A stretch of 64,000 bases of DNA from Bryobacterales bacterium (GTDB lineage Bacteria; Acidobacteriota; Terriglobia; Bryobacterales; UBA6623). Numbering within the stretch: position 1 is the stretch's first letter; each line of letters starts with the position of its first letter. Below, piece by piece: positions 40,265 through 49,509 of this stretch. The notes beneath the pieces are model-generated. The model saw nothing but the letters and a program-made list of their open reading frames with translations, ran no database searches and was not told the DNA's origin. The position numbers and the translations under genes are program-made. Where the stretch lies: the NCBI GenBank assembly GCA_965207255.1, contig OZ242276.1:1017692-1081691 (forward strand), in the 5' to 3' direction.

Positions 40265-40834
40265 GTGCACGACCAACAGCGGCCAGTTACAATCGTTCGG
40301 TTGGCGACTGAGGCACCAAGTCTCGACATCGGCTGCGGCCAGAACAAACGGCAGGGCGCGATAGGCGTCGATCGCATGGCCAACACGGCCGCGGACGTGC
40401 TGGCCGACATCGATCAAGGCCTGCCCTTCTCGGCAGCGACGGTCAGCAGCGTCAGCCTCATCCACGTCATTGAGCACGTTAGCGACGTCGTGCATGCAGT
40501 GGAGGAAGCGCACCGCGTGCTCAAGCCCGGCGGGCGACTGCATATCGAGACGCCGCACTATTCGGACGCGAGCTCGTTCGCCGATCCCACCCACCGCTGG
40601 CACCTTAATTCCTTCTCGTTCCGCTACTTCACAGAAGCCGGCGGCTTCGCCTACTACTCGCAATGCCGCTTTCGCCAGGTCAGGCTCCAGATCAAGCTGT
40701 TGCGATTTTGGAGGCTGCTGGGCTTCGAGTTCGCAGTCAATCACTCGCGAGCCTTCCGCAAGTTCTGGGAGTACTACCTGTGCTTCCTTGTGCGCGGGAA
40801 AGCGCTAGTCTTCGAACTCGAAGCCCTGAAATAG
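40265..40834 (+). CDS. Class I SAM-dependent methyltransferase
   Basis: 'LDIGCGQN' motif I and 'LKPGGRLHIETP' post-II region. Confidence 0.7.
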   Translation: MHDQQRPVTIVRLATEAPSLDIGCGQNKRQGAIGVDRMANTAADVLADIDQGLPFSAATVSSVSLIHVIEHVSDVVHAVEEAHRVLKPGGRLHIETPHYSDASSFADPTHRWHLNSFSFRYFTEAGGFAYYSQCRFRQVRLQIKLLRFWRLLGFEFAVNHSRAFRKFWEYYLCFLVRGKALVFELEALK

Positions 40835-40855
40835 CCTTGTGGTATTCTCCGAAAA

Positions 40856-41341
40856 GTGGAACTGACGGCGGTTTACGAAGCCTTCGGCAGCGATCGCACC
40901 TGCAATTTGGTTCGGTCCGTGTCCCTCGGGGCTCTGCGGACCTTCGGCGTCTACGAGGCCATCAAGGTCCGCTCCAGGCTGCGGACGCTGAACCGTCAGA
41001 AGTTGCGCGCCGCTGCGCCGCGGCTGTGGGAGCGGATCAAGGACGGCGACGCCGGTCTCGCCCGCGACTTGTCGCAAGCCGTGCTGGTCTCCAATATCCC
41101 GCTCGTCGTCGAGGTGCTGGATCTGCTCGAGATCGAGCACGATGGCAACGGATTCTTCGCCAAGGACGGCGACTACTCTAGCCAGCTTTCCGACGGCTGG
41201 GAACAGCGGGTCTTCGAGCATTGCAAGGACCGCTTTGACACCGACTTGGTGCTGCTCTACATCAACCATCTCGGTTGGGAGATGGAGGCGTTGGCCGAAC
41301 CATTCCTCGAACCGACCGAAGCGCCCGTGGCCGCAAGCTAG
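40856..41341 (+). CDS. Hypothetical protein
   Basis: Intact ORF with plausible codon usage. No motif recognised. Confidence 0.4.
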   Translation: MELTAVYEAFGSDRTCNLVRSVSLGALRTFGVYEAIKVRSRLRTLNRQKLRAAAPRLWERIKDGDAGLARDLSQAVLVSNIPLVVEVLDLLEIEHDGNGFFAKDGDYSSQLSDGWEQRVFEHCKDRFDTDLVLLYINHLGWEMEALAEPFLEPTEAPVAAS

Positions 41342-41397
41342 GATCCGTCCGGCACCGAACTCCGGACTGCGCGACTGCACCCAACAGAGATTCTGAC

Positions 41398-42570
41398 ATG
41401 ACTGGAAAACGCATTGGCATCTTGACTGGCGGCGGTGACGTGCCCGGGCTCAACGCTGCGATTCGGGCGGCGGTCTACGACGCACGCAACTACGGCATGG
41501 AGGTCATTGGCATTCGGCGGGGCTGGAAGGGCCTCACTCACGTCAACCCCGTCGACGGGGGCGACCCCGAATACCTGCTGCCGCTGAACCGGACCAACAC
41601 CCGCACGGTCGACCGGATGGGCGGAACCTTCCTGCACTCGACCCGCACTCAACCTTCGCGCATGAAGGTGGGCGACGCTCCGGGGCGCCTCCAAGCTAGG
41701 CTGCCGTCGCTGACCGAAGTCAGCCCCGGCATCGTGGACTTCACGCCAGTCGTTCTGGAGAACCTCGAAATGCTGAACTTGGACTCGCTCATCGCGATCG
41801 GCGGTGACGACACCCTCAGCTACGCGCGCCGCCTGCACGAAGAAGGCTTCCCGGTTGTCTGCCTGCCGAAGACGATGGACAACGACGTGCCGAACACCGA
41901 GTACTGCATCGGTTTCTCGACGGCTATCACGCGGGCGGTGGACAACATCAGCCGCCAGCGCACGACGGTCGGCTCCCACGAGCGCGTCGGGATCTTCCGC
42001 GTCTTCGGCCGGGACGCCGGCTTCACGGCCCTTTACACGGCCTACGTCACCGGCATCCGCTGCTGCATCCCCGAGCATGTCTTCGACTTGGATCGATTGC
42101 TGGCTCTGCTGATGGAGGACAAGCGCGAGAACCCGAGCAACTACACGCTGGTCGTGCTGTCCGAGGGTGCCACTTGGGAGGGCCGCACCGTGCAGGAGTA
42201 CGGCGACCCTGATGCCTACGGACACCGCAAGAAGATGAGCGTTGGCGAGGCGCTAAGCCAAGAAGTCAAGAAGCGGCTCAACGAAGAGACCGTGGTCAGC
42301 GACCTGACCTACGATCTGCGCGGCGGGCCGCCCGACTTCATCGACCGGCTCGTGGCGACCACCTTCGCGGCGATGGCCGTCGAGTGCATCGCCGATGGCG
42401 GCTCAGGCCGGATGATGGCCCTGCAGAAGGGGTGCTACGTAGACGCCGAGATCCCCGGCCCCGGCGGCAAGTCGCGCAGCGTCGAGGTAGGCAGGATGTA
42501 CGACACCGCAACTTTCTTGCCCAAGCGTGACCGCAAGGCGGGAGCGCCGATCTTCCTCAACACGCTATAG
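41398..42570 (+). CDS. pfk: 6-phosphofructokinase, probably PPi-dependent
   Basis: 'IGILTGGGDVPGLNAAIRA'. 'GGDDT' and 'PKTMDND' carry Asp/Lys at the positions that are Gly/Gly in ATP-dependent enzymes. The start is taken at MTGKRIG. Confidence 0.85.
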   Translation: MTGKRIGILTGGGDVPGLNAAIRAAVYDARNYGMEVIGIRRGWKGLTHVNPVDGGDPEYLLPLNRTNTRTVDRMGGTFLHSTRTQPSRMKVGDAPGRLQARLPSLTEVSPGIVDFTPVVLENLEMLNLDSLIAIGGDDTLSYARRLHEEGFPVVCLPKTMDNDVPNTEYCIGFSTAITRAVDNISRQRTTVGSHERVGIFRVFGRDAGFTALYTAYVTGIRCCIPEHVFDLDRLLALLMEDKRENPSNYTLVVLSEGATWEGRTVQEYGDPDAYGHRKKMSVGEALSQEVKKRLNEETVVSDLTYDLRGGPPDFIDRLVATTFAAMAVECIADGGSGRMMALQKGCYVDAEIPGPGGKSRSVEVGRMYDTATFLPKRDRKAGAPIFLNTL

Positions 42571-42635
42571 GCCTTGGGCAGGGCCAGGCCGACAATGCCT
42601 CGGCTGGAAGGGAGGTCGGTGCCTTCAGCGGCCGA

Positions 42636-43001
42636 TCAAGCCCACTTCAGCGCGCCTTGGCGGAAGAGCCAGACATATCCGGCGATCAAAATGGCCAAGA
42701 AGACCAGCATCTCGACTAGGCCGAACAGGCCCAGCACGTCATACTGGATCGCCCACGGCAGGAGGAAGATCGTCTCGACATCGAAGATCACAAACAGGAT
42801 CGCGACGAGATAAAAGCGGATCGAGTAGCGACCGCGCGTATCGGCCTCGGGCGCGATGCCGCATTCGTACGGCTCAAGCTTGGTTTGGCCCGGCACGCTG
42901 GGACGGATCAGCTTGGCGGCAATCAGGGTCACGATCGGAAACGCCATGGCGACTCCGATAAAGATCAGGATAGGAATGTACCCTCGCGGCATGCCCCTCA
43001 A
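42636..43001 (-). CDS. nuoA: NADH-quinone oxidoreductase subunit A
   Basis: 'KLEPYECG......R..IRFYLVAILFVIFDVE..FL.PWA' is the NuoA/ND3 signature. Confidence 0.8.
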   Translation of the reverse strand: MRGMPRGYIPILIFIGVAMAFPIVTLIAAKLIRPSVPGQTKLEPYECGIAPEADTRGRYSIRFYLVAILFVIFDVETIFLLPWAIQYDVLGLFGLVEMLVFLAILIAGYVWLFRQGALKWA

Positions 43002-43034
43002 TTATACCCGCAAGGGTTCGCCGCGCGCTCGGCC

Positions 43035-43844
43035 TCAGTAGCCCTCCGGGCCCAGATCGTCAGGCTGGATGCGGTCGCTGGGCGGGCCTACATGAATGTG
43101 CGGCCCGGTGGACTGGCCTGGCACGGCGCTGCGAAATGCAATGTAGGGAATCCCGAGGCTTTCCAGCATGTAGATCAGAAACATGCCCTCGTCTGAATCA
43201 GGGTGCAATGCCACGTCGATCCGGCCGGTGTGGTCCAAGCCCAGCGAACGGTGCATGTCCGTATCGCCATCGGCGCTGACCGGGGGGCTGCTACCAAAGG
43301 TAGAGCGGTACATGTCGCCGATTTCTTCGAGCACTTCAAGTTCGTACTCGTCGAAGCCCTCAAAACGAAAGGCCAGATCTTCGCCCTCAAGCTCTTCCAA
43401 GTACGTCTCGGCCGCGACCATGCGCTGCATCTGCCGGATCAGGTCGGCCCGCGTGTCGGCCAACTCGGCCTGGCGTTCGGCGCCAGCCAGCTCGTCCTTG
43501 GCCTGTTGGAGGTGCCGCAAGGGAATCACGCCAGCCTCCACTCGCGCGATGACGAGATCGAGGTTCTCGCGGGCGATGCGCACCAAGCCATCGGCAGCGT
43601 CGAGCATCAACTTGAGCTCGCCCTGCTCGAGGGTGTCGCTGAGCAGGGTGCGGTTCAAGGTCTCTCGGTAGCCGCGCTTGAGCCGCTCGGTCTGCGCTTC
43701 GACAAGGGCTCGCTGAGGGAGCGCTCCCGCGCGGACCAAGTTTTCCACCCGCTCCAGTTCAGGATCAGCTTGGGCATTCGTCATGGGTGCGGAGTACAGG
43801 CCCATTGCGGCGCCGACAATCCAAGCACATGCCCGCATATGCAA
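43035..43844 (-). CDS. Secreted coiled-coil hypothetical protein
   Basis: Signal peptide and a Glu/Leu/Arg-rich helical middle. The C-terminal 'HIHVGPP' region is of unknown function. Confidence 0.5.
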   Translation of the reverse strand: MHMRACAWIVGAAMGLYSAPMTNAQADPELERVENLVRAGALPQRALVEAQTERLKRGYRETLNRTLLSDTLEQGELKLMLDAADGLVRIARENLDLVIARVEAGVIPLRHLQQAKDELAGAERQAELADTRADLIRQMQRMVAAETYLEELEGEDLAFRFEGFDEYELEVLEEIGDMYRSTFGSSPPVSADGDTDMHRSLGLDHTGRIDVALHPDSDEGMFLIYMLESLGIPYIAFRSAVPGQSTGPHIHVGPPSDRIQPDDLGPEGY

Positions 43845-44029
43845 TCTATTCTAGTGGTCCGAATCCGCCACATTGCCGCACGGGGGCTTTGGCCGGCAAG
43901 GCAGGGCGTCGGCCATGCCCGGCCTCGTGAGCAAGAATCGGCACACTCTTGAGCCTGCACCTCTTGCCAGCCCGGACACGTCTAAGATAGTGGGTAGCCC
44001 TTTGGCCGCATTCGGGCCACCGGACCTTT

Positions 44030-44371
44030 ATGGAAGATTGGGAACTCGCCGTACAAGCCGCTCAAGAGCGTCGAGCCTTGGACACGATGGTGCTCAACAT
44101 AGGCCAAGTCAGCACCTTCACCGAACAGTTCGTCATCTGCCACGGCACGAACTCGCGCCAAGTACAAGCGATCGCGGATTCGGTCTCAAGGGGCCTCAAG
44201 ACCCACGGCCGCAGGCCGTTGCGCATCGAGGGCTACCAGAACGCCGAATGGATCCTGCTCGACTACGGAGACTTTGTGGTCCATGTGTTCTCGCGCGACA
44301 AGCGCTACTATTACGACTTGGAACGACTGTGGAGGGCGGCTCCGAAGCTCCCGGTCCCGGTCGCAGCCTAA
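44030..44371 (+). CDS. rsfS: Ribosome silencing factor RsfS (Iojap)
   Basis: 'D.FVIC.G.S.RQV.AIA..V.......G......EG.....W.LLDYGD.VVHVF....R..Y.LE.LW' pattern. Confidence 0.85.
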   Translation: MEDWELAVQAAQERRALDTMVLNIGQVSTFTEQFVICHGTNSRQVQAIADSVSRGLKTHGRRPLRIEGYQNAEWILLDYGDFVVHVFSRDKRYYYDLERLWRAAPKLPVPVAA

Positions 44372-44383
44372 AGCGGGCGTGCG

Positions 44384-45238
44384 CTAGCGGTCAACGACCC
44401 GGCCTTGCAGGCGCTGTCCGCGCCGAAAGTGCTCTTCGGCGGAATCGTCCTTGAGCGCCTTTCGCAAGCCCTCCAATTCTTGGACCAGTGCATCGAGCGC
44501 CTCGTCGATCGGCCCGTGGTTCGTCCGCAGGATGCCAGACCAGACCGCGTGCGGGCTTGCCGCCAGCCTAGTCATGTCGCGCAAGCCATCGCCGGCAATC
44601 TCCAAGTCGCGCCCGTCCTCCAGCCGGGCTCCGATCGTAGCCGCGAGCGTAGTAGAGACCAGTTGGGGCAGATGGGATGTCCATGCGACGACTTCGTCGT
44701 GCTCGCTGGCCCGCATCACCCTCCGCCGGCATCCCATGGCGTCCAGCCATCCGCAAAACTCTTCCACCACGGGCGACGCGGGCAATGCCTCACCGGTTGG
44801 CACAAGCGCATACGGAGCGTCCGTCAGCAAGCCGGCCTCCGCGATCTGCACACCGCGGCCCTCCTTGCCCGCCATTGGATGCCCGCCGACGAAGTGTGGC
44901 CCGTCCTTGAACAGCACGCGGGCCCGTTGCATGATCGCGCTCTTGGTGCTGCCAGCGTCGGTGACCAAGGTATGCGACGGAACTAGCTCGCGCACGTGCC
45001 CGAGCTGTTCGATGATCCGCTCTACAGGCTGGGCCATGTAGACCAAGTCTGACTGCGGCAGGGCACTCTCCAGCCCACAGCCTTCGTCAATGACGCCGAG
45101 CCGGGTGGCAAGTTCCAAGGTCTTGGGCGAGCTCGCGCCCAGGATCCGGCCGCGGTAGCCGATGCGGCGCAGCGCCAGCGCAAAGGAGCCGCCGATCAGA
45201 CCGACCCCTGCGATGGTTACCGTGGCAATGGAAGGCAC
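44384..45238 (-). CDS. tyrA: Prephenate dehydrogenase
   Basis: 'IAGVGLIGGSFALAL' Rossmann motif and 'HPMAGKE' catalytic region. Confidence 0.8.
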   Translation of the reverse strand: MPSIATVTIAGVGLIGGSFALALRRIGYRGRILGASSPKTLELATRLGVIDEGCGLESALPQSDLVYMAQPVERIIEQLGHVRELVPSHTLVTDAGSTKSAIMQRARVLFKDGPHFVGGHPMAGKEGRGVQIAEAGLLTDAPYALVPTGEALPASPVVEEFCGWLDAMGCRRRVMRASEHDEVVAWTSHLPQLVSTTLAATIGARLEDGRDLEIAGDGLRDMTRLAASPHAVWSGILRTNHGPIDEALDALVQELEGLRKALKDDSAEEHFRRGQRLQGRVVDR

Positions 45239-45242
45239 GAGC

Positions 45243-45512
45243 CTAGTTGTCCCGTTCCCGCTGCATTTCCCGCATCTCCCTGATGACGGCCTCGAAAATG
45301 CGTTCCAGCGCCTCGTTCGTCAACGGGCCGACATTGGACGCCAAGATGTTGCCCAGCACCGATCGCTCGCGGGTTGGCTCGTGGACCGGACGGCCCTCCT
45401 GCCGCTTCAGCGGCGCCAGATTCAGCACACACTGGGCACGGCGGTTCAGCAGTTCGACCGCTTCGCGGTCCAACCGGTCGATCTCGTCTCGCCAGTCGCT
45501 CAGCTTCTTCAT
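45243..45512 (-). CDS. Chorismate mutase (AroQ class)
   Basis: 'R.EID.LD.E.V.LLN.RA......A.LK' helical AroQ pattern, 89 aa. Confidence 0.8.
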   Translation of the reverse strand: MKKLSDWRDEIDRLDREAVELLNRRAQCVLNLAPLKRQEGRPVHEPTRERSVLGNILASNVGPLTNEALERIFEAVIREMREMQRERDN

Positions 45513-45514
45513 GG

Positions 45515-46387
45515 CTACACGGCCGCCATCCCGCTCGCGTTCTCAGGCAGTTTCAGGCCCTGCTTGAAGTCTCCAGCTAGCGCCTCCAGCTTCCCCTCCA
45601 AACCTCCGTCGTCCCCGTGCTCGGCGACCAAACGCATGAAGGCGCTGCCAACGACGGCGCCTTCGGCATACGGAGCGATCTCTTGCATGTGCTCGCGTGT
45701 TGACAGCCCGAACCCAAGAGCCAAGGGCAAATCGGTCCTCTCTCGTGTCCGCTCGAGCAGGGGTATGGCGTCGCCGGAAATGCTGGCGCTCATGCCAGTC
45801 ACGCCTGCGCGCGAAACGAGGTACACGAATCCGCTGCTGCGCTTGACAATCTCGGCAATGCGCTCGCGCGGGGTAGTCTGTGTGACAAGAAAAACGCAGT
45901 CAAGTCCTCGCTGGCGCATCGCGTCGACGTAATCGTCCGCCTCCTCAATCGTCAGGTCAGTAAGCAGGACGCCATCAACACCCGCATCTGCGGCATCGTC
46001 AGCAAAGCGCTCGAAACCGTAGCGCAGAATCGGGTTCAGATAGCTGAACACGATCACGGGCAGTTCGGACTCCCGGCGGAGCTCACGGACCAGCGCCAAT
46101 ACCGTTGCCACGCTGGTGCCCGCGGCAAGTGCCCGCTCGCTAGCCTGCTGGATGACCGGGCCATCAGCGATGGGATCGGAGAAAGGCACTCCCAGCTCCA
46201 AGATGTCGACGCCGCCCCGCTCGAGAGCCCTGACCAGGCCCACGGTCCTGTCCGGCGAAGGGTCGCCAGCGGTGAGGTAGGCGATCAGCGCACGTGACCG
46301 GCTGGCATGCAGCGCGGCGAAGGCGCGCTCGACGCGCCCGGACGGCTGGCGAGCCAGCGAGGCCAGCTTGACTTCCGCAGCGCTCAC
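45515..46387 (-). CDS. trpA: Tryptophan synthase alpha subunit
   Basis: 'ALI.YLTAGDP', 'GVD.LELGVPFSDP.ADGP.IQ' and 'GFG.S' motifs. Confidence 0.9.
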   Translation of the reverse strand: MSAAEVKLASLARQPSGRVERAFAALHASRSRALIAYLTAGDPSPDRTVGLVRALERGGVDILELGVPFSDPIADGPVIQQASERALAAGTSVATVLALVRELRRESELPVIVFSYLNPILRYGFERFADDAADAGVDGVLLTDLTIEEADDYVDAMRQRGLDCVFLVTQTTPRERIAEIVKRSSGFVYLVSRAGVTGMSASISGDAIPLLERTRERTDLPLALGFGLSTREHMQEIAPYAEGAVVGSAFMRLVAEHGDDGGLEGKLEALAGDFKQGLKLPENASGMAAV

Positions 46388-46923
46388 GGTGAAGCCCCAT
46401 TGTACAAACAGCCCTACGCACGATTCCGGGCCCGACCAAAGCTGATCCCTTGGACTTCCCGTGTCGGAGGCTGAGGGTCAGCTTTTCCGCGGGCAACGCC
46501 CGGTTGGCAGAGCGCTGACCGTGGCCTTGCCGCGGATCGGTTCCGTTCAAACGATTCTGGCAACTTGCACAGACCGCCCGGGGCGACTGTCTCAAGCCGC
46601 CATCGTGCGAGGAGTTGACGGCCCAACTGGTCCGACGTGCCGGAAACACAGGGTTTCACGCGCCACCGGCATCGCAAAGGAGCCAGTCCGCCGCAGGCTT
46701 CTAAGAGTCGAAATCGGCCCACCGGGGAAACGAGGCAGGCCACAAATCGGTGTGGAACCGTACATCATCGCCAAGGAGCAAACGATGCGATATCCCTGGA
46801 AAACCTGAAAACATCAAATACTGAAATCCAAGCATCTAGCCGTCACGCGATTGGCGGTCGGCAATCGAACACGGATTAAATTGGAGGTTCCAAGAATACA
46901 TCGTTTTCATCTGTTGTATTCTC

Positions 46924-48027
46924 TTGGCAGCGGCTATGACACTCGATCAGCTTGAAGTCGCTCGGTACGCCGTACCTCTTCCGCAGATCCTCGGCGATGC
47001 GACTCACGGCGAGATTCGTGAGTTTGGACTTGTCACGGTACGGATTGGAATCCGCGGTGGTTCGGAGGGCCTCGGCTACACCTACACGGTCGGCAATGCC
47101 GGCGCTTCCGCCATCGAATCGATGATCAAGCGCGACCTAGCGCCGCTACTGGCCAACCGGGACCTGCGCTGCACGGAGGCAATCTGGGCCGACATGTGGC
47201 AAGCCACGCACTACGTCGGCAGGGGCGGTCCGGCCAGCTTCGCGATCTCGGCCGTGGACACAGCACTGTGGGACGCGAAAGCCAAGGCGTGTTCCGAGCC
47301 GCTCTGGAGGTTGCTCGGCGGAAGTTCGCCGAAGGTCGAAGCCTACGCCGGGGGCATCGATCTGAGGTTTTCGCTGGACCAACTGGTCGACCAAGCCAGG
47401 TCGAACCTCCGACGTGGGTTTGGAGCGCTCAAGATCAAGGTCGGAAGCGACCGCCTGCGGGAAGACCTCGAACGAGTCGAAGCGACCCGGGATATCCTAG
47501 GTCCCGATCGCCCGCTGATGGTGGATGCGAACATGAAGTGGAGCGTAGCGGAGGCGATCCGGGCATCGCGGGCGCTGGGGGAATTTGACGTCTACTGGCT
47601 TGAAGAGCCTACCGACCCGGCGGACGTAAAGGGCCATGCGCGCATCCAACGCGAAGGCGCACTGCCGGTCGCAGCGGGAGAGAACCTGCACACGCTGGCC
47701 GAATTTCAAGCGATGGTCTCGGCAGGAGCGGTGGCTTTCCCAGAACCGGACCTGACGAACTGCGGAGGCGTTACGGCTTGGATGAAGATCGCTCATTTGG
47801 CCGAAGCTCACGCTCTCCCGGTCACCTCGCACGGAGTGCATGACCTGCACGTCAGCCTCTTGGCCGCTGTACCGAATGCATCGTTCCTAGAATTCCACGG
47901 CTTCGGCCTCGACTCGTTCCTGACGGATCCGCTGGAGGTGTCCCGAGGCTACGCAACAGCGTCGGACCGCCCAGGGCACGGAGTCACACTGCGCTGGGAC
48001 ATGCTCGAGAACCACCGGCAAGACTAG
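46924..48027 (+). CDS. Enolase-superfamily dehydratase/racemase (MR/MLE family)
   Basis: 'KIKVG', 'MVDAN..W', 'WLEEP' and 'AAGE' metal-ligand blocks. Confidence 0.8.
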   Translation: MAAAMTLDQLEVARYAVPLPQILGDATHGEIREFGLVTVRIGIRGGSEGLGYTYTVGNAGASAIESMIKRDLAPLLANRDLRCTEAIWADMWQATHYVGRGGPASFAISAVDTALWDAKAKACSEPLWRLLGGSSPKVEAYAGGIDLRFSLDQLVDQARSNLRRGFGALKIKVGSDRLREDLERVEATRDILGPDRPLMVDANMKWSVAEAIRASRALGEFDVYWLEEPTDPADVKGHARIQREGALPVAAGENLHTLAEFQAMVSAGAVAFPEPDLTNCGGVTAWMKIAHLAEAHALPVTSHGVHDLHVSLLAAVPNASFLEFHGFGLDSFLTDPLEVSRGYATASDRPGHGVTLRWDMLENHRQD

Positions 48028-48080
48028 CGGCCCGGATGTTGCCGCCAGCTCGAATATTCTGGGCAAGCTAGGATCAGCGC

Positions 48081-49463
48081 ATGCAGTGCACACCGGCAGT
48101 TGTGGGCATCTCAGGCGAGGCGTCTAACAGCGGCTCGCACTTCGGGCGGCACTTGCAAAGTGTTAGTTGGCTGGCAATTGTAGCGCTTTGCTTGCACAGC
48201 TTGGCCCTCCATGCTCAGACCACCACGCTCATCCGGGATGCCCTGCTGATCGACGGTACCGGACGCGAGCCCCAACCTCACACGGACATTCTGATCCGCG
48301 AGAGTCGCATTGCCGCCATCGGCCCGACCGGCTCGGTCCCAGCACCCGAGGGCGTGATGGTGGTCGATGCATCCGGAAAGACGGTGCTGCCCGGCATCGT
48401 CAATATCCGCGGGCTGGCTGGCTTGGTGCGCGGCCCGGAACTGCCCCAGGATCACTTCAGCCAGAGTTCAATCTTGCGACACCTTGCCAGCTATGTGTCG
48501 TACGGCGTAACGACAACCGCAACCCTAGCACCCCGGCCACCCCAGCTCCAAGCCGCCCAAATGGCGGCCAAGACAGCCCGCATTTTGACACCGGTCCGCG
48601 CGATATGTGCTGCCATTCCCGCGCGCATTCGCGGCACCGCCCTCGAAGCAGCGTTTGAGGAAGCCCGCACCCCCAAGCAAGCCCGGCAAGCCGTGGATGG
48701 ACTGGTGGGGGAGGGAGCGGGTTTCGTCGAATTTCGCGATTCGGAGACTCCGGCTCGGGGCAACGAAATCACGCAGCTCACAATCGCGACGGTCAAGCGC
48801 GCCAACCGTCGCAAGCTTCCGGCCGTCGTCGTCACCCATCGAGCACAGCTCGCGCGTGCCGCCCTGCGCGCCGGCGCGCAGGTCATTGCCGCAAGTATCA
48901 ACGATTCAGAGCTCAGCGCTGACTTCATCAACGAGGCGGTCGCGACCGGGGCCACCTACGCGCCCGCTCTATTCGCCGAGTCCACCGGTTTCGCGTACGA
49001 AGACCGCCCGGAATGGATCGACGACCGCTACCTGAGGCGTTCGCTCCCTTCCGGAGTTTCCGGCCAGCTCCGCGGGCCGGTCCAAGTCGCCCAAGCCCTC
49101 GACCCCGACCGGGCGCTCAATTCTCGCCGGTTCGATATCGCCCGCCACAACCTTCGCAAGCTGGCGGCGGCCGGAGTGCCGATCGCGCTAGCGAGCGGTT
49201 CGGGCTTTCCGTTGAGCTTCGAGGGCTACGGGGAGTATCGCGAGGCCGTGCTGATGACCGAGGCGGGCCTGTCGGCACTGGAAGTGATCAAAGCCTTCTC
49301 CAGCGGTAGCGCCGCCGCGCTGGGAATCGACCACGAGCTAGGCGCGATACTGCCCGGCCACCTCGCCGACGTGGTGGTTCTCAACGCGAACCCGCTCGAC
49401 AACATCCACAACCTCCGTGACCTGCACGCCGTGTTTGTGGGAGGAAGCTTGATGCAGCTGTAG
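48081..49463 (+). CDS. Secreted amidohydrolase-family protein
   Basis: Signal-like N-terminus, 'LLIDGTG' N-terminal beta-sandwich pattern, C-terminal 'ADVVVL..NPL'. The start is uncertain. Confidence 0.65.
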   Translation: MQCTPAVVGISGEASNSGSHFGRHLQSVSWLAIVALCLHSLALHAQTTTLIRDALLIDGTGREPQPHTDILIRESRIAAIGPTGSVPAPEGVMVVDASGKTVLPGIVNIRGLAGLVRGPELPQDHFSQSSILRHLASYVSYGVTTTATLAPRPPQLQAAQMAAKTARILTPVRAICAAIPARIRGTALEAAFEEARTPKQARQAVDGLVGEGAGFVEFRDSETPARGNEITQLTIATVKRANRRKLPAVVVTHRAQLARAALRAGAQVIAASINDSELSADFINEAVATGATYAPALFAESTGFAYEDRPEWIDDRYLRRSLPSGVSGQLRGPVQVAQALDPDRALNSRRFDIARHNLRKLAAAGVPIALASGSGFPLSFEGYGEYREAVLMTEAGLSALEVIKAFSSGSAAALGIDHELGAILPGHLADVVVLNANPLDNIHNLRDLHAVFVGGSLMQL

Positions 49464-49509
49464 CCTGCGAGCGCCTCGGCCAACGCCACTACAATCGGGG
49501 CGAGCTGGC

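Noticed and set aside
41275-41397. N-terminal extensions of track ORFs (pfk from 41275, isomerase to 27018, amidohydrolase to 5946, enolase-family to 19925, DUF3604-like to 59235)
   Set aside because: The extensions are Arg/Pro-rich and overlap neighbouring genes or precede obvious signal peptides or conserved N-termini. Internal starts were used instead.
46388-46923. RNase P-like or T-box-like elements in the trpA leader ('gggaagtcc' on the minus strand)
   Set aside because: The single short match does not come with the other conserved RNase P or T-box blocks. It is retained only as an unexplained leader under findings.
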